A DNA stretch of 64,000 nucleotides from an uncultured Methanomicrobiaceae archaeon (GTDB lineage: Archaea; Halobacteriota; Methanomicrobia; Methanomicrobiales; Methanoculleaceae). Position 1 is the first letter of the stretch; each line of letters begins with the position of its first letter. Shown in pieces: positions 20,096-30,657 of this stretch. The notes below the pieces were generated by a model. It worked only from the letters and a program-made list of their open reading frames with translations. It did not search any database and was not told where the DNA came from. The position numbers and the translations under genes are program-made. The stretch spans positions 1,024,001 through 1,088,000 of the forward strand of contig CAWGXH010000004.1 in NCBI GenBank assembly GCA_963826525.1, read 5' to 3'.

Positions 20096-21405
20096 GAATA
20101 TCTCTCCAGTCCCGGGAGGTGGATAACTCTCTCACTGATTGTCTGCACCATAGCAGGTGTGATCAGCTGCCCCTCTATCTCGATCTCTCTGCCGCCGGCC
20201 AGCTTCCCGAAGAGCGGCCCCGGCGGAACCCCCCGTCTGCGCGCTTCTTCGGGGTCGAACCGCGCCTTTCGGATGAGCAGGCGATCTCCGTCGACAACAG
20301 TGCTTTCGCTGATAAGTAAGAGTTTTACACACAAGGTAGTTAAATCATTTGCGAGTCGAGGTTCCTCGGATTCGTAGGTGATGAAGGTTGCTGCGACCTC
20401 TTCGGAACCTTTTGAGAGATGAATTGCCGGCATTTCAGAAAGGGACTGTAAAAAATCCTCTTTATAGGATTTTATTACTTCTTCGATGAGTTCAGGGGCG
20501 ACGGAAACCGGTACGGGTCTTCCCTGTCCCGGGAGGGTGTGGATATGTATCCTCGATCCCGGCAGAATCTCTTCTGCGAGGCGGCGGATCCGGAGATACG
20601 TCTCCCATTCAAGCGTCCCGATCTCCAGGATCTCGCCTTCCGTCAGCCTCGGTATGCCCACCCGGGCGAGCAGGTCATCGAGTGCGGTCTCTTCGGCCTT
20701 TGTGACTGCTTTTTTATCGACGTATGCCGCCACTGCGCGGCTCTGCTCCGCCATTGCCCGGATCATCTCGAGATCCAGCGTTGGGATCTGGCGGCTCGGG
20801 GCGATGTGGCCGAATGCCGCCCGGGACTGGAGGGCGATCTCGGTCTGCCGGACGGCATAGTGCGTGCCCCCGAAGCCGATTAGGGGAATCGTCTCTCCAC
20901 GCTCCGCCGAAAGGATGCTCTCAGCCACCGCTTTTCCCGCTGCCGGGTCCGTCCACTCCGCATGCGTGCTGCCGATCTCGATGAAGAGCGAGGGCGTGGC
21001 GAGGGCGGTGGGGCCGTGGTGCGTTACTTCGTACGACACCCTGTAGCCGTCCGGGGCATTCCGCTTCAGATTCCGGAGGAGGGCGTGCATCCAGTCAGGT
21101 GCGGCGGGGGCGAGGGCGCGCGCCTCTCCGCCGAGATCTGCCGTGCCGAAGTTGCCGGTGACATGGACGGTCAGGGCGGGCACCGGGTGCCTGCTCGAGT
21201 GGCGCGAGATGAAGACGATCAGGTCGGCCTCTACCTCCGTATCGATACGCTCCTGGTAGATGAGTCGTTCGTCGACCTCGAAGAACCGGAGGGTGTGCCG
21301 CTCGGCGAGAGGCCATCGCCTCTCCTCTCCGAGCAGCAGAAGCAGGTGCTCTCTGATGTTCGTCCCGGCGAGGTCCTGCCGCGAGTTGATGAACGTGATA
21401 TCCAT
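20092..21405 (-). CDS. dtdA: D-aminoacyl-tRNA deacylase (archaeal DTD2) with C-terminal extension
   Basis: [36 protein letters not shown] motifs. Confidence 0.92.
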   Translation of the reverse strand: MDITFINSRQDLAGTNIREHLLLLLGEERRWPLAERHTLRFFEVDERLIYQERIDTEVEADLIVFISRHSSRHPVPALTVHVTGNFGTADLGGEARALAPAAPDWMHALLRNLKRNAPDGYRVSYEVTHHGPTALATPSLFIEIGSTHAEWTDPAAGKAVAESILSAERGETIPLIGFGGTHYAVRQTEIALQSRAAFGHIAPSRQIPTLDLEMIRAMAEQSRAVAAYVDKKAVTKAEETALDDLLARVGIPRLTEGEILEIGTLEWETYLRIRRLAEEILPGSRIHIHTLPGQGRPVPVSVAPELIEEVIKSYKEDFLQSLSEMPAIHLSKGSEEVAATFITYESEEPRLANDLTTLCVKLLLISESTVVDGDRLLIRKARFDPEEARRRGVPPGPLFGKLAGGREIEIEGQLITPAMVQTISERVIHLPGLERYS

Positions 21406-21500
21406 GGCTCAAAGAGGGTATGGAGCGAGGATGCTAAATGCTACTGGTTGATCGGCCTGTACAGTAAACCCTATCTCTCTCGACACACATCATGTGTACC

Positions 21501-21680
21501 ATGGATGAGAAGATACGCGAGGCATTTGCAGCCTATGGTATCGAAGACGAGATAACCTGCCCTCAGGCGTTCGAAATATCGGAAAAATACGATATCCCGA
21601 AGGCGGATATCGCCCGATACTGTAACCGGCGCGAGCCGCGGATCAAGATCCGGGGTTGCCAGTTGGGCTGCTTCAGATGA
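21501..21680 (+). CDS. small Cys-containing conserved protein (C-terminal KIxxCQLGCF)
   Basis: 59 aa; ITCPQAFEI...KIRGCQLGCFR; ATGA overlap with moeA. Confidence 0.75.
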   Translation: MDEKIREAFAAYGIEDEITCPQAFEISEKYDIPKADIARYCNRREPRIKIRGCQLGCFR

Positions 21681-22879
21681 GGCTCTTTCTGCAGGTCGTC
21701 CCGGTCAGCGAAGCGGTCAGGGTCGTTCGGAGTATCGCCCCCCCCGTCCCGCAGGAGAGTGTTCCTCTCGAGGATGCTCTCCACCGCATCCTTGCAACAG
21801 ATGTCCGGGCAGACGTCAATATCCCGGGTTTTGATCGCTCAACTGTCGACGGATACGCAGTGGCTTCAACCGATACCGTGGGAGCCGGCGAGGCGATACC
21901 GGCCATGCTGCACTATCGCGGCCGGGTCGCCATGGGTGGCCGGGAGCCGGGGAGTATCGTTCCCGGGTCGTGTATGTACGTTCCCACGGGGGGTGTCCTG
22001 CCGAAAGGAGCCGATGCCGTCGCCATGATCGAGTACCGCGAGCAGCTCGGCGACGATGTGCTGGTTCACCGCCCTGTCGCTCCCGGGGAGAATGTCGTTC
22101 TTGCGGACGAAGACTTCGCCGCAGGGGAGATTGTCCTTGAAAAAGGACGCGCCCTCTCCCCCCGCGATATCGGGGTGGCGGCGGCGGCCGGTGCCGAACA
22201 GGCAAGTGTCATGCGTGTCCCGAAAGTCGGGATCATCTCGACCGGCAACGAACTTGTCCCGATAGTCGCCGTGCCCCGTCCGGGTGAGGTCCGTGACGTC
22301 AACTCGTACCTCTGCGGAACCTATGTCATGGAGCGGGGGTGCCACCCTGTGTACTACGGCATCATCCGGGACGAACGCGAGAACCTTGCCACGACGCTCT
22401 CTGCCGCACTCGACCAGTGCGACTTCGTCCTCATCTCCGGCGGGAGTTCGAAGGATGAGCGGGACAACACGGCGGCCGTCATCGCAGACCTCGGTGAGGT
22501 GCTGGTGCACGGCGTTGCCATCGCCCCGGGGAAACCGACGATCATCGGGCATGCGTCGGGGAAACCGGTGATCGGCCTTCCCGGCCATCCGGCATCGGCG
22601 TATGTCGTCCTAGTGGCGATCGTCGATCACCTGCTGGCGGCGATGATGCAGACGGAGGTCTCGCGCCGCACTGTATCAGCCGTCCTCTCCCAGAACGTCC
22701 CTTCTGCGAAGGGCAGAGAGGACTATGTCCGGGTGGCGGTGAAGGACGGCCGGGCGACCCCGGTCTTCGGGAAATCAGGTCTTTTAAACACCCTCACCCG
22801 CAGCACCGGGCTCGTCCGGGTGCCGGCAGGCAGCGAGGGGCTCGAGGTCGGCGAGGTGGTCGAGGTGATCGTGTGGTGA
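21677..22879 (+). CDS. moeA: molybdopterin molybdotransferase MoeA
   Basis: PGFDRSTVDGYAV, STGNEL, ISGGSS, IAPGKPT, GLPGHP. Confidence 0.93.
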   Translation: MRLFLQVVPVSEAVRVVRSIAPPVPQESVPLEDALHRILATDVRADVNIPGFDRSTVDGYAVASTDTVGAGEAIPAMLHYRGRVAMGGREPGSIVPGSCMYVPTGGVLPKGADAVAMIEYREQLGDDVLVHRPVAPGENVVLADEDFAAGEIVLEKGRALSPRDIGVAAAAGAEQASVMRVPKVGIISTGNELVPIVAVPRPGEVRDVNSYLCGTYVMERGCHPVYYGIIRDERENLATTLSAALDQCDFVLISGGSSKDERDNTAAVIADLGEVLVHGVAIAPGKPTIIGHASGKPVIGLPGHPASAYVVLVAIVDHLLAAMMQTEVSRRTVSAVLSQNVPSAKGREDYVRVAVKDGRATPVFGKSGLLNTLTRSTGLVRVPAGSEGLEVGEVVEVIVW

Positions 22880-24751
22880 AGCGCTACCTCTCGCTGATCT
22901 CCCTTGCCGAGGCGCACGACCTCATCGCCCGGTCGTTCACCTTCGCATCCGAGAACCGAGACCGTCCCCCTCGAAGCGGCGGTCGGGCGGATCACCGCCG
23001 CTCCCGTCTTCGCCCGCTTCTCGGTTCCCGAGATTCACCTCTCCGCGATGGACGGGATCGCCGTGCGGAGTGCCGAGACCGCCCGGGCGAGCGAGCAGCA
23101 GCCGGTCACGCTCACCGATACCGTCCGCGTCAATACGGGCAACATCGTGCCTTCCGGATACGACGCGGTGATCATGATCGAGGATGTCTGGGAAGAGGAC
23201 GGGAGGTATACCATCCGAAAGGCCGTCAGCCCGTGGCAGCACATCCGCCCGGTCGGCGAGGATATCGGGGAATCGGAGATGATCGTGCCGTCGCACCACC
23301 GGGTCCAGCCGCACGAGACCGGAGCACTCGCCGCGTACGGCGTGACCCACCTCGACGTCCTCTCCGTCCGGGTCGGTCTGATCCCGACGGGCTCCGAGCT
23401 CGTGCCCCTCGGCGTGCGGCCGATCCCCGGGAAGGTCGTTGAGAGCAACACCCTGATGGCCGCATCGGTGCTGCAGGCGGCGGGTGCAGCTTCGCGCCGC
23501 TACCCGATCGTCGTCGACGAGTACGATCTTATCAGAGACGCCGTCGTCCGCGGTGTTGCCGAGAACGAGGTTCTGCTGATATCCGCCGGTTCGTCGGCCG
23601 GAACCCGCGACTTCACGGCGGATGTCATTCGGGAACTCGGCGAGGTGCTCGCCCACGGCGTCGGGATCAAACCGGGAAAACCCGTCATCATCGGACGGAT
23701 TGCAGGAAAACCCGTGATCGGGCTCCCCGGCTACCCCCTTGCCGCCCTCACCGTTCTGCGTGAGATCGTTCTCCCGCTTCTCGCGCGGTACGGCCTCGTG
23801 CCGCCTGAACCGGAGCCTGTCGATGCCCGCCTGACCACGAGCCTCCACTCCGATATCGGGACCGACGAGTTCGTCCTGCTGACGACCGGCAGGATCGGCG
23901 ATGCCTGGGTTGCGGTGCCCCAATCACGGGGTGCGGGCGTCCAGATGAGTGCCGTCCGGGCGAATGCCTATCTGCAGATCCCGGCCTCTTCGGAGGGTGC
24001 CGAGGCCGGAGAAACGATCGCTGCCCGCCTGCGGGTGCCGAAGAAAACCGCGGAGGAGGTGCTGCTGATTACGGGAAGCCACGACCCGGCGCTCGACTAT
24101 CTCGCCGACCTCGCGAGGAGCGGGGGAGTCGATCTCCACTCCACCCACACCGGGAGCATGGGCGGGGTGATCGCGCTCCGGAAACGAGAGTGCCATGCAG
24201 CGCCGATGCACCTCCTCGCCCCGGACGGGAGTTATAACATCCCCTACCTGCAGCGCTACCTCCCCGATGCCGATCTCCTCTTGCTCTGTGTCGCCGAGCG
24301 GCAGCAGGGGATCATCTCCCGGGAGGGGATGGGGCTCGACGAGATCGCGGACCATACCTTCGTGAACCGGCAGAAGGGGTCGGGCACCCGGATGCTCCTC
24401 GACCACGTCCTGCAGCAGCGAGGCATCAATCCGGCATCCGTCAGCGGCTACGAGCGCGAGGTGACGACCCACCTCGGGGTGGCCCTCTCCGTGAGAACCG
24501 GGGAAGCGGATGCAGGGATGGGTGTCTACAGTGCTGCGCGCGCGCTTGACCTGGCCTTCACCCCGGTCGCGACGGAACGCTACGAACTTGTCATGCACCG
24601 GGACATGCTCGACGATCCCCGGGTCGCAGTCCTGATCGAGACGGTCTCCTCGGGCCGGTTCAAACAGGTTCTCCGGGATCTCGGGGGCTACGTGACGGAC
24701 GAGACAGGCGTGATGCGCGAACTGCGAGCAGGACAGCCTCCTCAGGGCTGA
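22876..24751 (+). CDS. moeA: MoeA fused to a periplasmic-binding-protein-like domain (frameshift near 22945)
   Basis: SAMDGIAV, PTGSEL, SAGSSAG, GLPGYP; C-terminal GSHD, GSMGG, FVNRQKGSGTR. Confidence 0.92.
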
Positions 24752-25142
24752 TGCACGCCATCACCCCTTCTATCTTCCAGGTCAGGTAGCCGAAGACCGG
24801 TTTCTCCATCTTTAATGCGAGTGCGATCTCCGAGAGCGTGCCGTATCCGCCGCCGACGGCGATCACCGCATCCGCAGACTGCACGAGCACGACGTTCCGT
24901 GCGTGACCCATATCCGTCCGGATGGCCACGTCGAGGTAGGGGTTCCCCTCGCCCGTGCCCGGCAGGATGCCGACCGTCACTCCTCCTACCTCCTGCGCGC
25001 CCTTGCAGGCGGCTTCCATGACGCCGGAGAGACCGCCGCAGATCAGCGTCTCGTGGTTGCCGGCGATGAGGTAGCCGACCGTCTCTGCCGCCTCGTACTC
25101 CTCCGGTGAACAGTCTCCCCGTCCGATGACTGCAATCTGCAT
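24660..25142 (-). CDS. TIGR00725 / LOG-family nucleotide-binding protein
   Basis: MQIAVIG start; CGGLSGVMEAACKGA; RNVVLV; GGGYGTLSEIA. Confidence 0.88.
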   Translation of the reverse strand: MQIAVIGRGDCSPEEYEAAETVGYLIAGNHETLICGGLSGVMEAACKGAQEVGGVTVGILPGTGEGNPYLDVAIRTDMGHARNVVLVQSADAVIAVGGGYGTLSEIALALKMEKPVFGYLTWKIEGVMACISPEEAVLLAVRASRLSRPSRSPRDPGEPV

Positions 25143-25267
25143 AGGTGACCTTCGGTCGCCTCCCGATAAAGAGGTGCTGCCGGTCTCTCCAGGCGGGAAG
25201 TCCTCCAAAACACTTTGTCTCTCGAAGACCACATTATACGATAGAGTGTGTTTATGAGGGATACAAG

Positions 25268-28200
25268 GTGAAAGAGGTCACCAGCAGCTACGATGGGCCG
25301 ATGCTCGAAGCGTGGGCTCAGGAGTTCTGGGCGACACGCGATACCTATGCGAAAGTGCAGGAACTGCGGCGCACCGGCAGGCCGTTCTTCTTTGTCGACG
25401 GACCGCCGTATACGACCGGCCACATTCATCTCGGCACTGCCTGGAACAAGATCCTCAAAGATACCATCCTCCGGTACCACCGGATGTGCGGCAGGCAGGT
25501 GATCGAGCGGGCGGGCTACGATATGCACGGCCTTCCCATCGAGGTGAAGGTGGAGCACGAGCTCGGGTTCACATCCAAGAAGGATATCGAGGGATACGGG
25601 ATTGCGGCCTTTATCGAGCGCTGCCGGACGTTCGCCGAGACCCACAAAGACCTCATGAGCGAGCAGTTCAAACGGCTCGGTATCTGGCTCGACTTCGATG
25701 ACCCCTACCAGACGATAAAGGAGGACTATATCGAGGCCGCCTGGTGGACGCTGCAGCGGGCGGACGAGCGCGGCCTCCTCGAGCGCGGACACCGGGTCGT
25801 GAACTGGTGTCCCCGTTGCGAGACTGCGATCGCGGACTCGGAGGTGGAGTACTGGGACGAGACCGACCCGTCCATCTTCGTCAAGTTCCCGCTTGCAGGC
25901 CGCCAAAACGAGTACCTCGTCATCTGGACGACTACTCCGTGGACGCTTCCCGCAAACGTCGCGGTCGCGGTCGACACCGATTTCATCTACGCCCGGGTGC
26001 TCGCAAAGAAGGATCTCGGCGAAGAGATTCTCTGGATCGCCGAGGATCTGGTGGAGTCCGTCCTCAGGCTCGGCAGATACCGGGACTTCGAGGTGCTCGA
26101 ACGTAAGCCCGGCAGCGACCTTATCGGCACCGAGTACACCTCGCCGCTCGCCGACCAGGTGCCGCACCAGCGGGAGATCCGCCACCGCGTCGTCGCGGCG
26201 GATTTCGTCACGATGGAGAATACCGGTCTTGTCCATATCGCCCCGGGCCACGGGTGGGACGACTACCTCCTCGGCGTGAAAGAGGGGCTGCCCGCCTTCT
26301 GCCCGGTCGACGGCGGCGGCTGCTTTACGCCCGATGCCGGAGCGTTCGCCGATATGTACGTCCGGGATGCGAACGACGTCGTTATCGACGCGCTCGGCGA
26401 CTACCTCCTTGCCCGAAAGAAGATCGTCCACCGCTACGGACACTGCTGGCGGTGCAAGACGCCGATCATCTTCCGGGCGACGGAGCAGTGGTTCCTGAAG
26501 GCGACCGAGATCCGCGACAGAATGCTCGAGGAGATCGCGGGCGTCAGGTGGCACCCCGAGTGGGCCGGCAGCGCCCGGTTCCACGACTTCGTCAAAGAGT
26601 CGCGCGACTGGTGCATCTCCCGGCAGCGCTACTGGGGTATCCCGATCCCCATCTGGCAGTGCGAGGACTGCAAGGAATACACCGTGATCGGCACCATCGC
26701 CGAACTCGAGGAGCGTTCCGGAGCGACCATCCCCGACCCGCACCGCCCCTACGTCGACACCGTCACGCTCCCCTGCTCCTGCGGCGGCGTGATGCGCCGG
26801 GTCGAGGATATCTTCGATGTCTGGTTCGACTCGGCCGTGGCGTCGTGGGCGACGCTCGGGTTCCCCCGGAAGAAGGAGGCGTTCGAGAAGTACTGGCCTG
26901 CCGACTTCATCACCGAAGGGCAGGATCAGACCCGCGGCTGGTTCTACTCCCAGCTCGGGGCGAGCACCATCGCTTTCGATCGTTCCCCCTACAAGAGCGT
27001 CCTGATGCACGGGTTTGCCCTCGATGCCGAGGGACGGAAGATGAGCAAGAGCCTCGGCAACGTAGTGACGCCCGACGAAGTGGTGAACCAGCACGGCGTC
27101 GACGTGCTCCGGCTCTACATCCTCTCGGCGAGCGCCCCCTGGGACGACCTGAAGTTCAACTGGGATGGGGTGAAGACGGTGCACCGGGCGGTCAACATCC
27201 TCTGGAACGTCTACCGCTTCCCGCTGCCCTATATGATCCTCGACTCGTTCCGGCCCGAGGCCGGTCCCGAGGGTTGGGACGGATCGTTCGTGCGGGATCA
27301 TATCCGCGAGATGCCGGAGGAAGACCGCTGGATCATCTCCCGGGTAAACTCCCTCGCCCGGCAGATCGATGCCGACCTGGAGGAGTACCAGCTTCACCGC
27401 GTGACCCGTGGGCTGACCGGTTTCATCCTCGAGGATCTCTCCCGGTGGTACGTTCCAGCTGGTCCGGTCCCGGATGTGGCTCGAGGAGGACTCGCCCGCA
27501 AAGCGGTTCGCCTACGAGACGATCTACTACGTTATGCGCCGGCTGATCGAGCTTCTCGCCCCGTTCGCACCGCATATCACCGAAGAGATATTCCAGAACC
27601 TGAAGGTGGAAGGCGACGTCGAGAGCATCCATATGACGGACTGGGCTGCGCCAGCCGATCTCCTCATCGACACGCACCTCGAGGCTGCGATGGACGTGAT
27701 TCGTTCCTTCGACGATGCGGTCGCCAACGCCCGGCAGGCGGGCAAGCGGAAGCTCCGCTGGCCGGTGGAGGAGTGCGTCGTCGTGACGGAGAGCGACCTT
27801 GTCCGGGACGCCATCCTGATGTTACAGCCGCTCGCAAAAGCCCGGGCGAACAGCCGGAACGTTACGGTCGTTGAGGGTACCTGGGACCGGCTCAATTGGC
27901 AGGCAGAACCGGTGATGCGGGCGATAGGGCCAGAGTTCGGGAAAGAAGGGCCGAAGGTCAAGGCTTTGATCGAGCAGGCAGACGGGAACTCCCTTAAGAT
28001 CGCGATCGAGACGGAGGGGAAGGCGGAGCTCGGCGGGTATCCGATCACCGCCCGCCATGTCACCTTCACCGAGGCGATGCCGGAGGGTATCTTCCCCGCT
28101 CCCATGAAGGATGCGACGGTCTACGTGGACGTAACGCTTACACCCGGCCTCGAAGCCGAAGGGTACGCCCGCGAGGTCGTCCGGCGGCTGCAGGAGATGC

Positions 28201-28448
28201 GCCGGCAGCTCAACCTGAACGTGGACGACTGCATCGTCGCCGAGGTTACCGTCGACGACCCGCGGGTTGCCGGACTGATCCGGTCGGAGTGGACGGCCGG
28301 GATCAGCACCGAGGTCCGGGCGGAGGAACTCATCATCCATGCGCCGGGGGATGGGACGGGCCCCGAACGGCAGTGGGCGCTTTCCCACGACTGGGATGTT
28401 GAAGGCGTCCCGATGCGGATGGGAATCTCACGGGCCGCCGCAGAGTGA
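25268..28448 (+). CDS. ileS: isoleucyl-tRNA synthetase (frameshift near 27450)
   Basis: [50 protein letters not shown]. Confidence 0.97.
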
Positions 28449-29165
28449 TCTGACGAGCAGATCCCCTTCCGAAGTTGAAAAGAGCGGGGGGTCGTCGAGC
28501 ACGCTGACGACACTCCGGTCGGTCACGACCGCTTCTCCGGTCAGGGGATTGTACCCCTCTTTTTTGACCTTTGCCCGATAGACCAGTGTCCCGCGCCGCT
28601 GCCACGCCGGGGTCTCCGCGAGGTTCACCCCACGGGCATACATCATATCATGCATCGCCGGCGACTGCATCCCGGAGAGTCTCGCTGCCGCCGCACGGGA
28701 CGAGAGCCCCTCCTCGATGAGCGCGTGCTGACAGTAGGCGTTGATGTGGTTTCGCCAGGCCTCATTCTGGCGCCAGGTGAGGTACTCGACCGCAAACTCA
28801 GGGGATGCGGGGATCACCCGGGCGTCGAAGGCGAGGGGAGTTCTGATCCCGAGTTCTATCGCGAGACTGCTTGCAGCGAATGCTGCCGTAACCGAGTCGA
28901 GTTTCTCGACCCTCCCCGTGAACGGCAGTGTGGTGAAGAAGAGACTGATCTCGTCGGAGAAGGTATAGGCGAATGCGGGTTCAAGTCCACTCTCCGAGAG
29001 CAGCTGCCTGCAGACCATTGTCATGCTCTCGTGGAAACCCGGATCGAACGGTTTCGCGAGGCTAAGCTCGCGGGAGAGGCGGTGAAACGCCCGTCCGTCG
29101 AGTCTGATGAAGATCGGGGGAAATATTGTCAGGTTGGAGAAGATCTCCCTCTCGTGCATGGTCAT
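28428..29165 (-). CDS. thg1: tRNA(His) guanylyltransferase / Thg1-like 3'-5' polymerase
   Basis: IRLDGRAFH, YTFSDEISL, FDARVI, WRQNEAWRN, WQRRG. Confidence 0.95.
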   Translation of the reverse strand: MTMHEREIFSNLTIFPPIFIRLDGRAFHRLSRELSLAKPFDPGFHESMTMVCRQLLSESGLEPAFAYTFSDEISLFFTTLPFTGRVEKLDSVTAAFAASSLAIELGIRTPLAFDARVIPASPEFAVEYLTWRQNEAWRNHINAYCQHALIEEGLSSRAAAARLSGMQSPAMHDMMYARGVNLAETPAWQRRGTLVYRAKVKKEGYNPLTGEAVVTDRSVVSVLDDPPLFSTSEGDLLVRSLCGGP

Positions 29166-29211
29166 TGCAGCAGGGTGGCACGCCTTGGGCCGGCTTTACG
29201 AGAGAGCCTGT

Positions 29212-29475
29212 TTACTCCTCTTTCTTCTGCGATTTGAAGACGCCCGCGATGTGGCGGATCAGGACGACGTCCCCGATACTCTTGATGATGCGGAAGGGTA
29301 TCTGCAGCCCCTTATAGCCTTTGAGTTCGCCGATCTCGGGGTTTAAATTGCCCACTGCGAGCGAGTCTATCTTCTTTGCGTCCACATCGATCACGACATC
29401 ATCAACACTCCCGACGTATACGGCCTTGTCGGTATAGACATTCAGTCCGAACAGCTCTGTGATCTGGGTTCTCAT
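29212..29475 (-). CDS. PRC-barrel domain protein (CdpB-like)
   Basis: LFGLNVYTDKAVYVGSVDDVVID...IPFRIIKSIGDVVLI. Confidence 0.88.
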   Translation of the reverse strand: MRTQITELFGLNVYTDKAVYVGSVDDVVIDVDAKKIDSLAVGNLNPEIGELKGYKGLQIPFRIIKSIGDVVLIRHIAGVFKSQKKEE

Positions 29476-29526
29476 CGGTATCCTGTGAGGGTATAGAACT
29501 ATAAACGTAAAAGGATACTCCTTCTC

Positions 29527-30657
29527 ATGGAAGCCTCGCTACAGATAGGAAAGATTGCCGGGATTCCCGTCAAGTTGCACTGGAGTTTCCTTCTCGTGAT
29601 CCCCCTTTTTGCCTGGATCATCGGGAGCCAGATAGTCCTGACGACGGAACTCATCGCCAATCTCTTCAAAGTCACAATCGATATGACCTTGATCACCGCA
29701 GGGTGGAACCCCTACATCCTCGGGGCGATCGTGGCGCTCGGCCTCTTCTTCGGGGTATTCATTCACGAGATGGCGCACTCGCTCCTCGCCAAGTCAAAAG
29801 GGCTCAAGATCAACAGTATCACGCTCCTGATCCTCGGCGGCGTATCCTCGATGGAGGAGAACGTCCCCGATCCCAGGGTGGAACTGCCGATGGCGCTCGC
29901 AGGCCCGCTCACGAGCCTCGGTATCGGACTTATCTGCATCGCTCTCGTCTATATCTCCACTCTCATCCCCGACCCGGCCATCGCGGGCGTCCTTATCTTC
30001 AGCTTCGGATACCTCGGGCTCCTGAATGTTCTCCTCTTCGGGTTCAACCTGCTGCCTGCATTCCCGATGGATGGCGGCAGGGTGCTCCGCGCCTGGCTTG
30101 CGAAAAGGATGCCGCTCAACCGGGCAACGCGGATCGCTGCCGATGTTGGGAAGGCATTTGCCGTCGTCTTCGGGATCGTCGGGTTCCTCCTCTTCAATCC
30201 TATCCTGATCATCATCGCGTTCTTCATCTATATCGGGGCGAATCAGGAGGCGACGACGCTGCGCTATAACGTCCTTCTCCAGGACGTCTCCGTCGCCGAC
30301 GTCATGAGCAGCCCGGTCAGAACAGTCCCGCCGACGATGCCGGTGACCGAGGTGGTGCGGTTGATGTACGAGACCAAACATCTCGGGTTCCCGGTCGTCG
30401 AAAACGGTGCGCTCGTCGGCATCGTCGCACTCTCCGACGTTCACAAACTCTCGCCGCAGGACCGCGAGGCGATGCAGGTGAAGGATATTATGTCACGGAC
30501 TCCCGTCACGCTTTCCCCGAACGCCCCGCTCATGGATGCCCTGCGGATCATGTCGGTGAACGACATCGGCCGGATACCGGTGATCGCCGGCCGCGATCTC
30601 GTGGGGATCGTGACCCGCACGGACGTCGTCCGGGTGATGGAACTGAAAGAGGCTTAA
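29527..30657 (+). CDS. site-2 (M50) intramembrane metalloprotease with CBS pair
   Basis: HEMAH, FNLLPAFPMDGGR, two C-terminal CBS domains. Confidence 0.95.
   Translation: MEASLQIGKIAGIPVKLHWSFLLVIPLFAWIIGSQIVLTTELIANLFKVTIDMTLITAGWNPYILGAIVALGLFFGVFIHEMAHSLLAKSKGLKINSITLLILGGVSSMEENVPDPRVELPMALAGPLTSLGIGLICIALVYISTLIPDPAIAGVLIFSFGYLGLLNVLLFGFNLLPAFPMDGGRVLRAWLAKRMPLNRATRIAADVGKAFAVVFGIVGFLLFNPILIIIAFFIYIGANQEATTLRYNVLLQDVSVADVMSSPVRTVPPTMPVTEVVRLMYETKHLGFPVVENGALVGIVALSDVHKLSPQDREAMQVKDIMSRTPVTLSPNAPLMDALRIMSVNDIGRIPVIAGRDLVGIVTRTDVVRVMELKEA

Noticed and set aside
25043-27397. Long antisense ORFs (also 52333-54270, 33044-34426, 48698-50041)
   Set aside because: Shadow ORFs opposite real GC-rich genes, with no recognisable motifs.
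28428-29165. In-frame amber (pyrrolysine) codon in thg1, as occurs in some Methanosarcina
   Set aside because: The ORF is uninterrupted.
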